64,000 nt of DNA from a phage, in assembly GCA_011911785.1 (NCBI GenBank), contig GCA_011911785.1_4084.1, one strand, 5' to 3'. The position numbers were made by a program, and so were the translations under genes. Shown here in pieces: positions 10,114 through 20,216 of the stretch. The notes beneath the pieces were generated by a model, which saw only the letters and a list, made by a program, of their open reading frames with translations, ran no database searches and was not told the origin of the DNA. Positions within the stretch are counted from its first letter, which is position 1. Every line of letters starts with the position of its first letter.

Positions 10114-10142
10114 TTGACAAGTAGATTTTAATTATATATAAT
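10114..10142 (+). promoter_or_regulatory. Sigma70-type promoter TTGACA-N17-TATAAT
   Basis: TTGACA at 10114-10119, 17-nt spacer, TATAAT at 10137-10142, about 36 nt upstream of the CDS at 10178. Confidence 0.65.
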
Positions 10143-10177
10143 TACCACATACCAAAAATCACAAAGAGACAAATAAA

Positions 10178-11284
10178 ATGCCAAAAGTAAGTATCGACAA
10201 AGAAAAATTCATTGAAGAGATGAACAACAAGTATGGAGCATATGGTGAATTTGATTTCAGCACTTTAGTATTCAAAGCCAGTAAGACAACAGTTAAATGT
10301 AATAAATGCGGAAAAGAAAATACTAAACCTGCACTACGTCACATTTCATGTACATGTTCTTCATGTTATTCAAACATGTCACAGCGTTCGAACAACGAAA
10401 AATTTATCAGCACGGTAGAAACTAAATTTGGAAAAGATAAATTCAAATTTGATAAACTAAATTACATTAACGCTATAACAAAAGTAACAATACTCTGTAC
10501 AGACGAAGAACATAACGATTACTTTGAAATTACACCAAACAAATTTCTTACTGGTAAGGGATGTCCTATATGTAATAAAAATGAAGCATACAGTACTGAA
10601 GAATTCGTAGAAAAAGTAAAAGAAAATTATGGTGATTCATTAGATTTAACTAACACAGTATATGTAAATCAAAAAACTAAAGTAACTGTGTATTGTAAAG
10701 CGGGTAACCATGAATGGACAGTTGATCCGAAAACTTTACTTGTTGGTAAGACTGGTTGTGGTACATGCTCCGGTAAAGGTGGTCGCAGTACTGAACGTTT
10801 CATTGAACTGGTATCACCTATCCATAACCATAAGTATGATTATAGTTTGGTTGAATATACTATAAGCGAGAATTATGTTGATATTGTATGTCCAACTCAT
10901 GGTGTTTTCTCCCAACAACCAAAAGCACATATGGCTGGTAAAGGATGCCCATCATGTGGTGAATATGGATATCAGCCATCAAAACCTGGATATTTCTATG
11001 TTCAAAAACTAACTAATAAAGATAAGACAGTGTACAAGTATGGAATCACTGGCGATATGAAACGCCGTGTAAATGAGCAAAGTCGTCATTCTGATTTTGA
11101 ACACACTGTACTCGTTGAACGTTACTTTGAAGATGGTCATAAACCATTAGTACTGGAAAAGTTTTTGAAACAATACATTGATAGTGGTGTAGTAACTACT
11201 GAAGAGTTGCCATCAGGATTCACAGAAACTTTTGATGCTAAGTATCTTGAAACAGTACTGGAGATTGTAAATACATTTGAATAA
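10178..11284 (+). CDS. GIY-YIG/T5orf172-like protein with N-terminal tandem Cys-rich zinc-ribbon-like repeats
   Basis: Four repeats of roughly TKVTxxC...H...GKGCPxC; C-terminal GYFYVQKL...TVYKYGITGDMKRRVNEQ resembles a GIY-YIG/T5orf172 core. Confidence 0.6.
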   Translation: MPKVSIDKEKFIEEMNNKYGAYGEFDFSTLVFKASKTTVKCNKCGKENTKPALRHISCTCSSCYSNMSQRSNNEKFISTVETKFGKDKFKFDKLNYINAITKVTILCTDEEHNDYFEITPNKFLTGKGCPICNKNEAYSTEEFVEKVKENYGDSLDLTNTVYVNQKTKVTVYCKAGNHEWTVDPKTLLVGKTGCGTCSGKGGRSTERFIELVSPIHNHKYDYSLVEYTISENYVDIVCPTHGVFSQQPKAHMAGKGCPSCGEYGYQPSKPGYFYVQKLTNKDKTVYKYGITGDMKRRVNEQSRHSDFEHTVLVERYFEDGHKPLVLEKFLKQYIDSGVVTTEELPSGFTETFDAKYLETVLEIVNTFE

Positions 11285-11308
11285 ACACTAAGCAGGGAAG
11301 CTTTCACT

Positions 11309-11659
11309 ATGTTAACTGTATACATTTTTAAAAAAGAAGAGTACTTAAAGAGTCAGTACTCAAAAATTGAGATCAATGTTCCTTATGGAACGTTGGTGGG
11401 TTATGATGAGGCTACGGAGACGTTGTATTACAATGATGATCGTCTGGATTACAGTACTGATCATTTTATAGAAGATATATTGAGTACTGAATCAGAAGAC
11501 ATGTTGTATGAAGAATATATTGACAAATACAAAGAACGCATGTCGAAGTTACATGCTGATGCTCCAGTACTGAACACTCCTAAAACCCCATCCGAGTTTG
11601 ATCCTCAAAATCCATTTCAACGCCTGATAGATGCGGGTGTAAACTTCAGAATTAGTTAA
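11309..11659 (+). CDS. Hypothetical protein
   Basis: 116-aa ORF, no recognisable motif. Confidence 0.4.
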   Translation: MLTVYIFKKEEYLKSQYSKIEINVPYGTLVGYDEATETLYYNDDRLDYSTDHFIEDILSTESEDMLYEEYIDKYKERMSKLHADAPVLNTPKTPSEFDPQNPFQRLIDAGVNFRIS

Positions 11660-11689
11660 TAATAAATATCTCCATACTAGGAGATATCT

Positions 11690-11998
11690 ATGTCACAAAT
11701 ATGTTATGTAATCACTAATAGTGCATGGCCTGAATATGTAAAGATAGGCTTCACTACAAAATCAGAGATGAAAGAGCGTTTAGGTGTTTATCAGACAGCT
11801 TCACCATTCAGGGATTTTGAGGTATACCATCAGGTTATGTTTGACGATGCACGAACAGCAGAAAAGGAAGTGCATAAGAGATTAAAGCAAATGAATGCAA
11901 CAAGGCAACCTAACTCTGAATGGTTCAAGATGCCTAAAAAGTTAGCTGCAAATATTATTGATTCCGTATTGGATGATATGGAAAATGATTTACTATAG
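11690..11998 (+). CDS. Small T5orf172/GIY-YIG-like protein
   Basis: ICYVITNSAWPEYVKIGFTT ... ERL ... NSEWFKMP pattern typical of the T5orf172 family; RBS aggag upstream. Confidence 0.55.
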   Translation: MSQICYVITNSAWPEYVKIGFTTKSEMKERLGVYQTASPFRDFEVYHQVMFDDARTAEKEVHKRLKQMNATRQPNSEWFKMPKKLAANIIDSVLDDMENDLL

Positions 11999-12038
11999 AT
12001 ATAAATATGATATATATTAAACAAAAAAGGATTTTTAC

Positions 12039-13649
12039 ATGAGCATAAGTTTTAATCATCCACAGAATACTGTAACCAGTACTGCGGAAAATGGTTCATT
12101 GAATCTAATAGTACTAGGTGGTACACCAACTAATCCTCGACCAATTAGAATGAATTCTTCATCGGTAATACTACCTGTTCAGGATTTGCCTGTTGGTGAA
12201 GCAGGGGCGATAGTATTTGACAAAAACACTCTTACTTTGAAGTATCATGATGGTACTAACTGGATTGAAATGTTAAGTGCTGCCGATGTAGTTGCACCAA
12301 TTGAACAACAGATTCAGGATATCAATTCTATACTGGGAACTAAGGTTGATAGAGTAACCTATTCAATGTCATCAATTCCAACTGCTTCTATTAGCGGAAC
12401 TACATTGAATATTATATTCCCAACACCTTCATCAATTCAAGGTGCTAATGGTTTGTACACGAGTGCTAAACCTGGATGTATTATGCATTATAGCTTGACA
12501 TCTGGACAAACAGTTGATAGTATACGTGAACAAATGTCGGGTAGTACTGGTGGACAGAATGGAAGAGAAGGTACACAGGCAAAACCGTGGAAAACATCAG
12601 ATGGTTGGTGTTTTGCTGATGGTATGTGGTGGGAATGGGAAGGAACTAATGGTCCAATAAAGAAACAAGTACCAAACTTGAACCGTGATGGATATTTAAG
12701 AAGTATCACAACCAGTGGTATAACCAAAACTGACGCAATGATAGCAGGTGGTGGTTCATTGACACCGAGTACTTTCACTATTCCAGACCACATTCATGGG
12801 ACTGGTAAAATGTTAGGTACTAACGGTAGTGATGCGGATGATGCTGTTTTCATTAGTGGTAGAGCATGGAATGATGGTAGAGGCTATCGTGGTCCTGCAA
12901 TCTTTGGTGATAAGAATGCCCGTATGGAGTTTAGTGTAGATGGTAACAATGCAGCAACTGCATTATCAACTTCACAACCAATTTATGATGATGCGAATGC
13001 ACGCACAATAACCCATAACCATACAGTAACAGGTATTGACGTACCACACTTTAACACTGCAATTTTGTATAACATTTCCGAACCATCAGTTGCGATGAGC
13101 GAAAATACTGCAAATGATCGTTTTGTTCGTAAAACTGGTGATACAATGTCTGGTGAATTATACATTGCTAACCGTGCTGGTATTCGTGGTGGTGGTGATT
13201 TGTACTTATTCTTCCAGAACGCTAGTGGTGGTGAACGTGCCGCAGTATACTTCCAAGGTAATGAACTAAGACTTCGTGCTGGTGGTGGTGCTGTAACAGT
13301 TAACAGTGGTGGTTCTTTGTATATTCCAGGTTCATTAACAGTTAATGCCAATTCCGCATCTGTTGGTGGCAAACCTATTGTGAGAACAGTTAATGGTGCA
13401 TGGGCAGATGGTAATGGTAATGTAACAATCACTACTGGTTCAGTACAAGATGCCCGCTATATTGAGCAAAAATTATTTGATCCAGGCCACAACGAAATAT
13501 CTTGGACTTTTATCTGTCCATCTGGTGCAATGTTGAGTGGTATAATTGTACAAGAAACTGGAAGAAACTCTGCTGATAACATTGGTGGTGTATACTATAA
13601 ATATTTGCAAATTTTAGTTAATGGTTCATGGAAAACTATTGATGGGTGA
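12039..13649 (+). CDS. Putative fibre/adhesin-like or capsid decoration structural protein
   Basis: 536 aa, Gly/Thr/Ser/Asn-rich, beta-rich character; C-terminal region resembles fibre-tip proteins only in composition. Confidence 0.4.
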   Translation: MSISFNHPQNTVTSTAENGSLNLIVLGGTPTNPRPIRMNSSSVILPVQDLPVGEAGAIVFDKNTLTLKYHDGTNWIEMLSAADVVAPIEQQIQDINSILGTKVDRVTYSMSSIPTASISGTTLNIIFPTPSSIQGANGLYTSAKPGCIMHYSLTSGQTVDSIREQMSGSTGGQNGREGTQAKPWKTSDGWCFADGMWWEWEGTNGPIKKQVPNLNRDGYLRSITTSGITKTDAMIAGGGSLTPSTFTIPDHIHGTGKMLGTNGSDADDAVFISGRAWNDGRGYRGPAIFGDKNARMEFSVDGNNAATALSTSQPIYDDANARTITHNHTVTGIDVPHFNTAILYNISEPSVAMSENTANDRFVRKTGDTMSGELYIANRAGIRGGGDLYLFFQNASGGERAAVYFQGNELRLRAGGGAVTVNSGGSLYIPGSLTVNANSASVGGKPIVRTVNGAWADGNGNVTITTGSVQDARYIEQKLFDPGHNEISWTFICPSGAMLSGIIVQETGRNSADNIGGVYYKYLQILVNGSWKTIDG

Positions 13650-13652
13650 TAT

Positions 13653-14108
13653 ATGATAACTTTAAAAAACTTTAAAAAATATGAAGGTAATGAACCTGAA
13701 TTGAAAGGAATGAATATCGCATATTATATTTCTGAGTGTGGAATGGATTGGTATGATTCACATAAATTATTTTCAGAAGATACATTAAAAATAACAGTAG
13801 ATAAAAATGGTATGGTAACTAGTGCATCGTATGATGTTACTATGCTCTGTCCATTAGATGATAGTGTATATGAAATTGAATATACAGGGGATAAATCTGA
13901 ACTAGTTGGTAAAATTTACAACGAAGTTAACGGAACTTTCTCCGAAAGACCTCCACGCCAACTATCTGCACAACAAGTATTCAATCTTTTGAGTGAACGC
14001 AAAAAAGTACTGGACATGAAGAAAGAATTCGATATGTTGAGTACTGAAGAAGCTGCTGAGTACGAGAAGCTAATCTCTGATCTTAAAGAAGTTTTAAACC
14101 TTCTTTAA
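13653..14108 (+). CDS. Hypothetical protein (possible fibre assembly chaperone by position)
   Basis: 151-aa ORF immediately after the fibre-like gene; no motif support. Confidence 0.35.
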   Translation: MITLKNFKKYEGNEPELKGMNIAYYISECGMDWYDSHKLFSEDTLKITVDKNGMVTSASYDVTMLCPLDDSVYEIEYTGDKSELVGKIYNEVNGTFSERPPRQLSAQQVFNLLSERKKVLDMKKEFDMLSTEEAAEYEKLISDLKEVLNLL

Positions 14109-14143
14109 AAATTTGGGACACATTGAGAAGTACTGATATAATA

Positions 14144-14186
14144 GAGACATTCCACGAGGAACATTGTGGAGTGTCTATTTTTTTTC
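14144..14186 (+). terminator. Intrinsic terminator
   Basis: Imperfect hairpin agacattccac...gtggagtgtct followed by atttttttt. Confidence 0.55.
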
Positions 14187-14208
14187 ATTAACACATGGAG
14201 ATACAACA

Positions 14209-14511
14209 ATGGCTAAGTCTAAAAAAGAAGCAAAAGTAGAAATTCGTGACCTAAACGACGAACAACGTAAACGTCTAAGTGATGGTCTAAACAATGCAGT
14301 GGTACAGCTAACCTTTATTGATGATACCAAAGCTTCCTATACTGATTTCATCAACTCTCTTTCTGATGAGCTAGGTATTGATGCATCCGATATCAAACAA
14401 GCTGCACAACGCATTTACAAAGGCGATTACTTTGATAAGCAAAACAAACTAGACAACATCGAAACTATCCTAAGCGTAACTAATAATCTACCACAAGCTG
14501 ATGATTATTAA
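14209..14511 (+). CDS. Small acidic hypothetical protein
   Basis: ATG at 14209 with ggag at 14197-14200; capsid-like codon usage; flanked by terminators. Confidence 0.5.
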   Translation: MAKSKKEAKVEIRDLNDEQRKRLSDGLNNAVVQLTFIDDTKASYTDFINSLSDELGIDASDIKQAAQRIYKGDYFDKQNKLDNIETILSVTNNLPQADDY

Positions 14512-14537
14512 TCAGTACTGAATACTTAAAAATTTAT

Positions 14538-14567
14538 GAGCCTCCAATGTTGGGGGCTTTTATTTTA
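14538..14567 (+). terminator. Intrinsic terminator
   Basis: Hairpin agcctccaatgttgggggct (one G-U pair) followed by tttattttt. Confidence 0.55.
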
Positions 14568-14596
14568 ACTTAATACAATGTAAAGGAATACAATAG

Positions 14597-17500
14597 ATGT
14601 ATATCGATGCTTATATGGAACGTAAACGTACTGGTGATATTCTTCATGTAGTTGAACGTAAAAACGGGAAGCGTATTCTCCGTGAACTGGAGCCAGTATT
14701 TGAGTATTATGTAGAATCACCATTAGGTACACACAAAACTGTATATGGTACAATGGCACAACATCTTGAGTTTTCTTCACAGGCTCAAATGAATAAAAGC
14801 GTAGAGCAGCACAAAAGTGAAGGTCTACGAATTTTTGAAAGTGATTGTAACATTACGTTTAAAACGTTAGCGAAAGAGTACATGGGTAAGGGTTCTCCTG
14901 ACCTTAACATTGCATTCTTCGATATCGAAACAGACTTCCATAAGAAGTTTGGGTATGCACCACCATCAGACCCGTTCAACCGTGTAACTGCAATTTCTTT
15001 GTATCAATCATGGACTGGTAAGGATTATGTTTTAACACTTCCTCCAGTTGACATGGAAATTTACGAAGCACAAGACATTGTTCGACGTTTGAACGAAGAG
15101 ACAAATGATCCTAACAGTACTGTCATCCTTTATACGGATGAAAAAGAAATGTTTATGGAATTCTTTAGTCTTATTGATGATTCTGATGTATTATCAGGGT
15201 GGAATAGTGAGTTCTTTGATATTCCATACATGATTAACCGCACAAAGAAAATCTTCAATGAAGCAACCACTGCTCGTTGGTGCTTGTGGAATAAGAAACC
15301 TAGTGCTCGTGAAGCAGATAACTTTGGTAAAACTGTAGTAACCTATGATTTAGTTGGTCGTGTTCACTTAGATTATCTTGCTCTTTATAAGAAACATGCT
15401 GGTCAAGTTGAACAATCATATAAACTAGATTACATTGCAGAGAAAGTAACTAAAGAGAATAAAGTATCTTATGAAGGTTCTTTGGATAAACTATATCGTG
15501 AAGATTACATTACCTTCTTGCGTTATTCTAAGCAGGATAGTATTCTTCTGAAGAAAATTGATGCTGTATGTGACTTTATCAACCTACACAACCGTCTTGC
15601 TCATAAAGAGTGTGTACTAATTAGTACTACAATGGGTTCGGTAGCTCTGATTGATACTGCAATTATTAACCTTGCACATAGTCGTGGTGAAGTGGTATTC
15701 AACAAAGCACCTAAAGATGATTTTGAAGTTGATTATGAAACAGAATCATATGAAGATGAAGATGATGAAGCAGATGAGAAAATTAGTGCTAAAGCTGCTG
15801 GTGCATGGGTACAAGATCCAGTACTGGGATTAGTGAGTGATTTGGGATGTACTGACTTTAACTCACTGTATCCAACTGTACTTCGTACATTAGGTATGAG
15901 TACTGAATGCATTCTTGGGCAACTTCGTCAGGATTACACTGATGCGTATCTTGCTGCTAAAATTCAAGAGCAAAAGGCCAAATCCAAATCGAAATCATTC
16001 GAACCAGACTGGACTGCTGCATGGCATGGTTTGTTTGCTGCTGTTGAGTTTACAATGGTTCATGAGAAATCAGATCAAACAATCATTGTTGATTTGGAAG
16101 ATGGAAGTTCTTTCCAGGCGACAGGTAAAGAGTTGTATGATATAATCTTTGCTGAGGACAGTACTATTGTTCTAAGTGCTAACGGAACACTATTTGACAA
16201 GTCTAAGTATGGTGTAATTCCAGACATTCTAACTCAATGGTATTCTGAACGTAAAGCACAACAAAAGATGGTAATTGATTACAAACACATGTATAGTGAT
16301 GGTTGGGAATTTAATGGTCATGAGAAAGTTGAACCACTTCTATCCAACTATACTCCTGGTACAATGTTCCGCACCAACTTACATGAAAATGATCCTGTTT
16401 ATCTATTGCGTATTGCAATTGGTAAAGGTCAATGGGAAGATGTAGCTAAACTAATTGTTGAAAATGGTTTAGAACTAAAAGACGGAAGAATTTTCTGTTC
16501 TAAAGAAGATAAAGCATATTTCAAACAACAAAGTGCATTCTGGAAACAGAACCAGCAAATTCGTAAGATTCTTCTAAACAGTCTATATGGTGCACTATTG
16601 AACAAAGGTTCACGTTTCTTTGATAAGCGTTTGGGTCAGTCTGTTACCTTAACTGGTCGTTCTATGACTAAACACATGGCGAGCCGTATCAATGAAATTA
16701 CAACTGGTGTTTACAATCACCAGGGTGGTTCTGTAATTTATGGTGATACTGACTCCGTATACTTCAGTGTAACCCATTACTTGAAAGAACAAGGTATTCC
16801 GTACAATCTATCTAAAGAAGAAATTGTTGATATGTACATTAAAATTGGTGATGAAGTTGGTGAGTCCTTCCCATCTTTTATGCATCAGATGTTCAACACT
16901 GGAATTGAGAAAGGTAAGATTGTAGGTGCTGACCTTGAGATGGTAGGTTCTCGTGGATTGTTCCTGAAGAAGAAACGTTATGCAATTCTGAAGTACTGGG
17001 AAGATGGATTCCGTAAAGATGTTGATGGTAAGCCTGGTGAAATCAAGGCAATGGGTCTTGAGATTAAACGTTCAGATACACCAAAATACATCCAGAACTT
17101 CCTAGAAGAGACTCTAATCGCTCTACTGGTAGGGGAGTCAGAGGCTGAACTAAAACAGCGTGTACGTGACTTTAAAGCGGTATTTAAAGACATTCCTGTA
17201 CACGAGAAAGGTTCTCCGCGTACCGTTAAGAACTACACTAATCTGGAAGCTGAATATAACACTACTGGTAAGTGTAAAGTTGGACACGTATTGGCAGGTA
17301 TTCAATGGAACCGTCTACGTGAAGTGTATGATGACAAGTCAGTACCAGAAGTTACTGATGGTACAAAAGTTATCGTGTGTAATCTAAAAGATAACCCAAT
17401 GGGAATTAAAGCTGTAGGATATCCAATTGACTGTGTAGAGTATCTACCTGAATGGTTCTTAGAATTACCGTTTGATAGTGAGAAAATGGAAGAGATAGTT

Positions 17501-17602
17501 TTAACTAAGAAATTAGAAAACATCTTTGGTATTCTCGATATGGATATTGGTATTCATGAGAAAAGTACAGCAGCAGTTAACAATGGTTTCTTCTCTTGGT
17601 AA
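14597..17602 (+). CDS. gp43: DNA polymerase, family B (T4 gp43-like)
   Basis: Exo I motif FFDIETD, polymerase motif SLYPT, motif C VIYGDTDSVYFSV, KKRYA motif. Confidence 0.9.
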   Translation: MYIDAYMERKRTGDILHVVERKNGKRILRELEPVFEYYVESPLGTHKTVYGTMAQHLEFSSQAQMNKSVEQHKSEGLRIFESDCNITFKTLAKEYMGKGSPDLNIAFFDIETDFHKKFGYAPPSDPFNRVTAISLYQSWTGKDYVLTLPPVDMEIYEAQDIVRRLNEETNDPNSTVILYTDEKEMFMEFFSLIDDSDVLSGWNSEFFDIPYMINRTKKIFNEATTARWCLWNKKPSAREADNFGKTVVTYDLVGRVHLDYLALYKKHAGQVEQSYKLDYIAEKVTKENKVSYEGSLDKLYREDYITFLRYSKQDSILLKKIDAVCDFINLHNRLAHKECVLISTTMGSVALIDTAIINLAHSRGEVVFNKAPKDDFEVDYETESYEDEDDEADEKISAKAAGAWVQDPVLGLVSDLGCTDFNSLYPTVLRTLGMSTECILGQLRQDYTDAYLAAKIQEQKAKSKSKSFEPDWTAAWHGLFAAVEFTMVHEKSDQTIIVDLEDGSSFQATGKELYDIIFAEDSTIVLSANGTLFDKSKYGVIPDILTQWYSERKAQQKMVIDYKHMYSDGWEFNGHEKVEPLLSNYTPGTMFRTNLHENDPVYLLRIAIGKGQWEDVAKLIVENGLELKDGRIFCSKEDKAYFKQQSAFWKQNQQIRKILLNSLYGALLNKGSRFFDKRLGQSVTLTGRSMTKHMASRINEITTGVYNHQGGSVIYGDTDSVYFSVTHYLKEQGIPYNLSKEEIVDMYIKIGDEVGESFPSFMHQMFNTGIEKGKIVGADLEMVGSRGLFLKKKRYAILKYWEDGFRKDVDGKPGEIKAMGLEIKRSDTPKYIQNFLEETLIALLVGESEAELKQRVRDFKAVFKDIPVHEKGSPRTVKNYTNLEAEYNTTGKCKVGHVLAGIQWNRLREVYDDKSVPEVTDGTKVIVCNLKDNPMGIKAVGYPIDCVEYLPEWFLELPFDSEKMEEIVLTKKLENIFGILDMDIGIHEKSTAAVNNGFFSW

Positions 17603-17611
17603 GGATAATAT

Positions 17612-17768
17612 TATGACTAAATTAGTAAATGATGAAGTAGAACTAAGCTACAATGAAGTATATGATGTATACACAAATGCAGAACTTGAAATTACTGAAG
17701 ATGATTTGAATTCAGCATGGGAAGTATATGTGAAGTGGGCCGCTACTCAAGGGGATAAACATGAGTAA
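17612..17768 (+). CDS. Small hypothetical protein
   Basis: ATG at 17612 just after the polymerase stop; acidic 52-aa product. Confidence 0.35.
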
Positions 17769-18063
17769 TGTTTACAAACGTATTGGTGCAGTACTGGAAG
17801 ATAGTACTATCGTAAATTCAGTACTGGCATACAATAATGATGATGAAGTTGTTCTAATGTCCGCTGGTTTCACCAGAACTGGTTCTGTTGAAATTGACGG
17901 CGAGATTGTAGATGTCTATTCTATTGAAAAGAAACGAAAAGTTGTCGTTGTTGATAATGTCAACACATTAAAAGATTTAGAAAATCTACGTTACAAATTC
18001 AACATTGGTACAAATGTAAACGTTGATAAGCCGTACCTTAAACGTTGGAACACAAAATACTGA
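17761..18063 (+). CDS. Hypothetical protein
   Basis: 100-aa ORF overlapping the upstream stop by 8 nt. Confidence 0.4.
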   Translation: MSNVYKRIGAVLEDSTIVNSVLAYNNDDEVVLMSAGFTRTGSVEIDGEIVDVYSIEKKRKVVVVDNVNTLKDLENLRYKFNIGTNVNVDKPYLKRWNTKY

Positions 18064-18156
18064 TAAAATAATTGAGACAAGCATCATTTACGAGATATAA
18101 TGGTGCTTGTCATAGACTTGACATTAACGAACAAAACAATAAACGGAGAATATATA

Positions 18157-18888
18157 ATGGATCTACGCAATGTACTACGTGACCTAGTTAACACCACTAG
18201 CGGTATTGATTTTTCTTGTATCGCAATCAGCAGTGAAGACCGTGGTGAAGGTCAACGCGTTTACATGGAAGCATATACCGATGACCGCACTTTGGTTATG
18301 CGTGCATACACTAAAGAAGACGTTCCAGAAGTTCAAGGTCGTTTTGGTCTAGGTAACTTGGGTCTTCTACAAGGTCTAATGTCCCTAAAGACTTACAGTA
18401 CTGAAGGTACTACTATCACTTCTAATTTGAAAGATGGTGTTGTTAAAAGCCTAGCATTCAAATCTGAAGAAGCAAGCACTACCTTTATGGTACAAGCTGA
18501 AAAACTAATTCCACCACAACCACGTTTTACTGAACAACCATATGACGTACAGGTTACACCTAGTGCAGCTAAAGTTCAGGAACTAAAGAGTTTCTCTGGT
18601 GTGTTTAAATCTTTCAGTTCACTAGTTACCCCATACACTGAAGGTGACACCCTTTACTTCCACGTTGGTGAGAAGAACAAGAGTAATCACGTTGGTGCTC
18701 TAGCTTTCTCTAAAACTGAAGGTGAATTAGGTTTGGGCTTTGGTTATAACATTGACCGTGTTCTTCAAGCATTAGCTCGTGTATCTAATGCAGAATCAGT
18801 AACACTTGGTTTAACCAAGACTGGTATGATGAACGTTACATTAGATACTGGTATCGCAGTATACAAAATCTATGTAACTGGTTGTTAA
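18157..18888 (+). CDS. Possible sliding clamp (T4 gp45-like), weak
   Basis: 243 aa, similar size to gp45; N-terminal LRDLVNTTSGIDF loosely resembles gp45 LKNFATINSGIML; position downstream of the polymerase. Confidence 0.35.
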   Translation: MDLRNVLRDLVNTTSGIDFSCIAISSEDRGEGQRVYMEAYTDDRTLVMRAYTKEDVPEVQGRFGLGNLGLLQGLMSLKTYSTEGTTITSNLKDGVVKSLAFKSEEASTTFMVQAEKLIPPQPRFTEQPYDVQVTPSAAKVQELKSFSGVFKSFSSLVTPYTEGDTLYFHVGEKNKSNHVGALAFSKTEGELGLGFGYNIDRVLQALARVSNAESVTLGLTKTGMMNVTLDTGIAVYKIYVTGC

Positions 18889-18898
18889 TAAAAGTACA

Positions 18899-18926
18899 GG
18901 GGAACTGGAGTTCCCCTTTTGGTTTT
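18899..18926 (+). terminator. Intrinsic terminator
   Basis: Hairpin ggggaactggagttcccc followed by ttttggtttt. Confidence 0.7.
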
Positions 18927-18947
18927 AAAAGTAAAGGAAGATATAAA

Positions 18948-19154
18948 ATGCCACTATATACATATCGTTGTGAAAAAGAAGACTGTAAACACAGTATGGA
19001 TAAAATTGTAAAAATTGCAAATCGTGAAGAACCACACGATTGTCCTATTTGTAATGGTGAAAAAACCATGAAATTGGAATTGTTCACTCCAGGTGATAAA
19101 GGGGCTAATCTTTATTTCCGTGGTAAATGGTTTGCAAACACTGGAGGTTACTAA
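18948..19154 (+). CDS. Small zinc-ribbon protein (FmdB-like CxxC...CxxC)
   Basis: YTYRCEKEDCKH ... HDCPICNGEKT; RBS aaggaag upstream. Confidence 0.5.
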   Translation: MPLYTYRCEKEDCKHSMDKIVKIANREEPHDCPICNGEKTMKLELFTPGDKGANLYFRGKWFANTGGY

Positions 19155-19155
19155 T

Positions 19156-19455
19156 ATGAAACTAAAAATGATTAACGATTATGTTCTTGTTCGTCAGATT
19201 GAAGCACAAAACAAAAGTACTGGTGGTATTATCCTCGGTAATGTAGAGCCACCATGTGTGGGTATGGTTATTTCTGTTGGTGAAGGGAAAGTACTTCCTA
19301 ATGGTCAAATTGCTGAGCATAATATTCGTGAAGGTGATATGGTCGTTTTTGGTCGTTCTTCTCTAAACACTCCACTAACAGAAGATCTTGGTGGTGGTGA
19401 AGATACATACTATGTAATGAAAATTGAAGAAATCTTTGGAAAGAAAAATGGCTAA
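19156..19455 (+). CDS. groES: GroES-like co-chaperonin (functional counterpart of T4 gp31)
   Basis: INDYVLVRQIEAQNKSTGGIILG ... GEGKVLPNGQ ... EGDMVVFG parallels bacterial GroES ([21 protein letters not shown] ... GNGRILENGE ... VGDIVIFN); ggagg RBS at 19144-19148. Confidence 0.8.
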   Translation: MKLKMINDYVLVRQIEAQNKSTGGIILGNVEPPCVGMVISVGEGKVLPNGQIAEHNIREGDMVVFGRSSLNTPLTEDLGGGEDTYYVMKIEEIFGKKNG

Positions 19456-20173
19456 GAAAAGGTTATTACCTTTCTGGATGGTCCCCGCCCATTGGGGACT
19501 TTCTGGTAAAGCGAAAGAGATTGCTAAAGCATACTATTACAATGACGATTATGAAGCAGATTTGAAAGTTGCAGAACTAACATATCTTACTGAATATGAA
19601 GTTGATGTTGCACAATTGGATATTAAAAAGAAATATGGTGTTGTAGATACACTAAAATATCTAATTGAACAGGCGGCTGTCGAATTAAAGTACTCTAAGA
19701 TTACACGTGAAGAGTACGATTTAAAAGTACTTGACGCAAAGTTAAGTACTGATACTATTACTCAAAAAGAGTATGATATGGAAGTAATCGAGCTAATGCC
19801 TGAAGGTGATGATAAACGATTGAAAGCCATTGAGTATGCGTATAAGTATGATGAAATTACACAACAAGAGTATTCAAAGGAAATCTATACATTACGTAAA
19901 GAGCCTTGGATTGATTTGGATGTAATTTTGAATCCTGATACAAACGAAGTAGAATTTGTATTTGATTACAATGAATACTTTTGGAAGAAATTAAAAGCCG
20001 AAGGTCACCCAGGAACGGATGAAGAAGAGATTATTGATAACTTTGTTCGTGATTTGGGTCGCAAATTAGCTACTGATGATTATAGTGACAACGAAGATGC
20101 AAAGCTAGTGAGTGCGAACGCAGGGTTAGAGAATCTACCTGGTTTACCTGAAGGTTTCAAATCATACAAATAA
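19448..20173 (+). CDS. Hypothetical protein
   Basis: Long ORF; start uncertain (ATG 19424 or 19448). Confidence 0.45.
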   Translation: MAKKRLLPFWMVPAHWGLSGKAKEIAKAYYYNDDYEADLKVAELTYLTEYEVDVAQLDIKKKYGVVDTLKYLIEQAAVELKYSKITREEYDLKVLDAKLSTDTITQKEYDMEVIELMPEGDDKRLKAIEYAYKYDEITQQEYSKEIYTLRKEPWIDLDVILNPDTNEVEFVFDYNEYFWKKLKAEGHPGTDEEEIIDNFVRDLGRKLATDDYSDNEDAKLVSANAGLENLPGLPEGFKSYK

Positions 20174-20205
20174 AAAAAAGGAGAACAATATGTTCTCCTT
20201 TTCTT
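20172..20205. terminator. Bidirectional intrinsic terminator between convergent genes
   Basis: Perfect palindrome aggagaacaatatgttctcct flanked by an A-run upstream and T-run downstream. Confidence 0.7.
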
Positions 20206-20216
20206 GTATTAATTTA

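Larger units (their letters stand above)
10178..11998 (+). mobile_element. Putative homing-endonuclease-like insertion (two GIY-YIG/T5orf172-like genes plus one unknown ORF)
   Basis: Own terminator-promoter unit, GIY-YIG-like motifs, location between capsid gene and next structural gene. Confidence 0.4.

Noticed and set aside
18118-18160. TTGACA hexamer upstream of the gp45-like gene as a sigma70 promoter
   Set aside because: The nearest TATA-like element is about 27 nt downstream, which is not compatible with a 16-18 nt spacer
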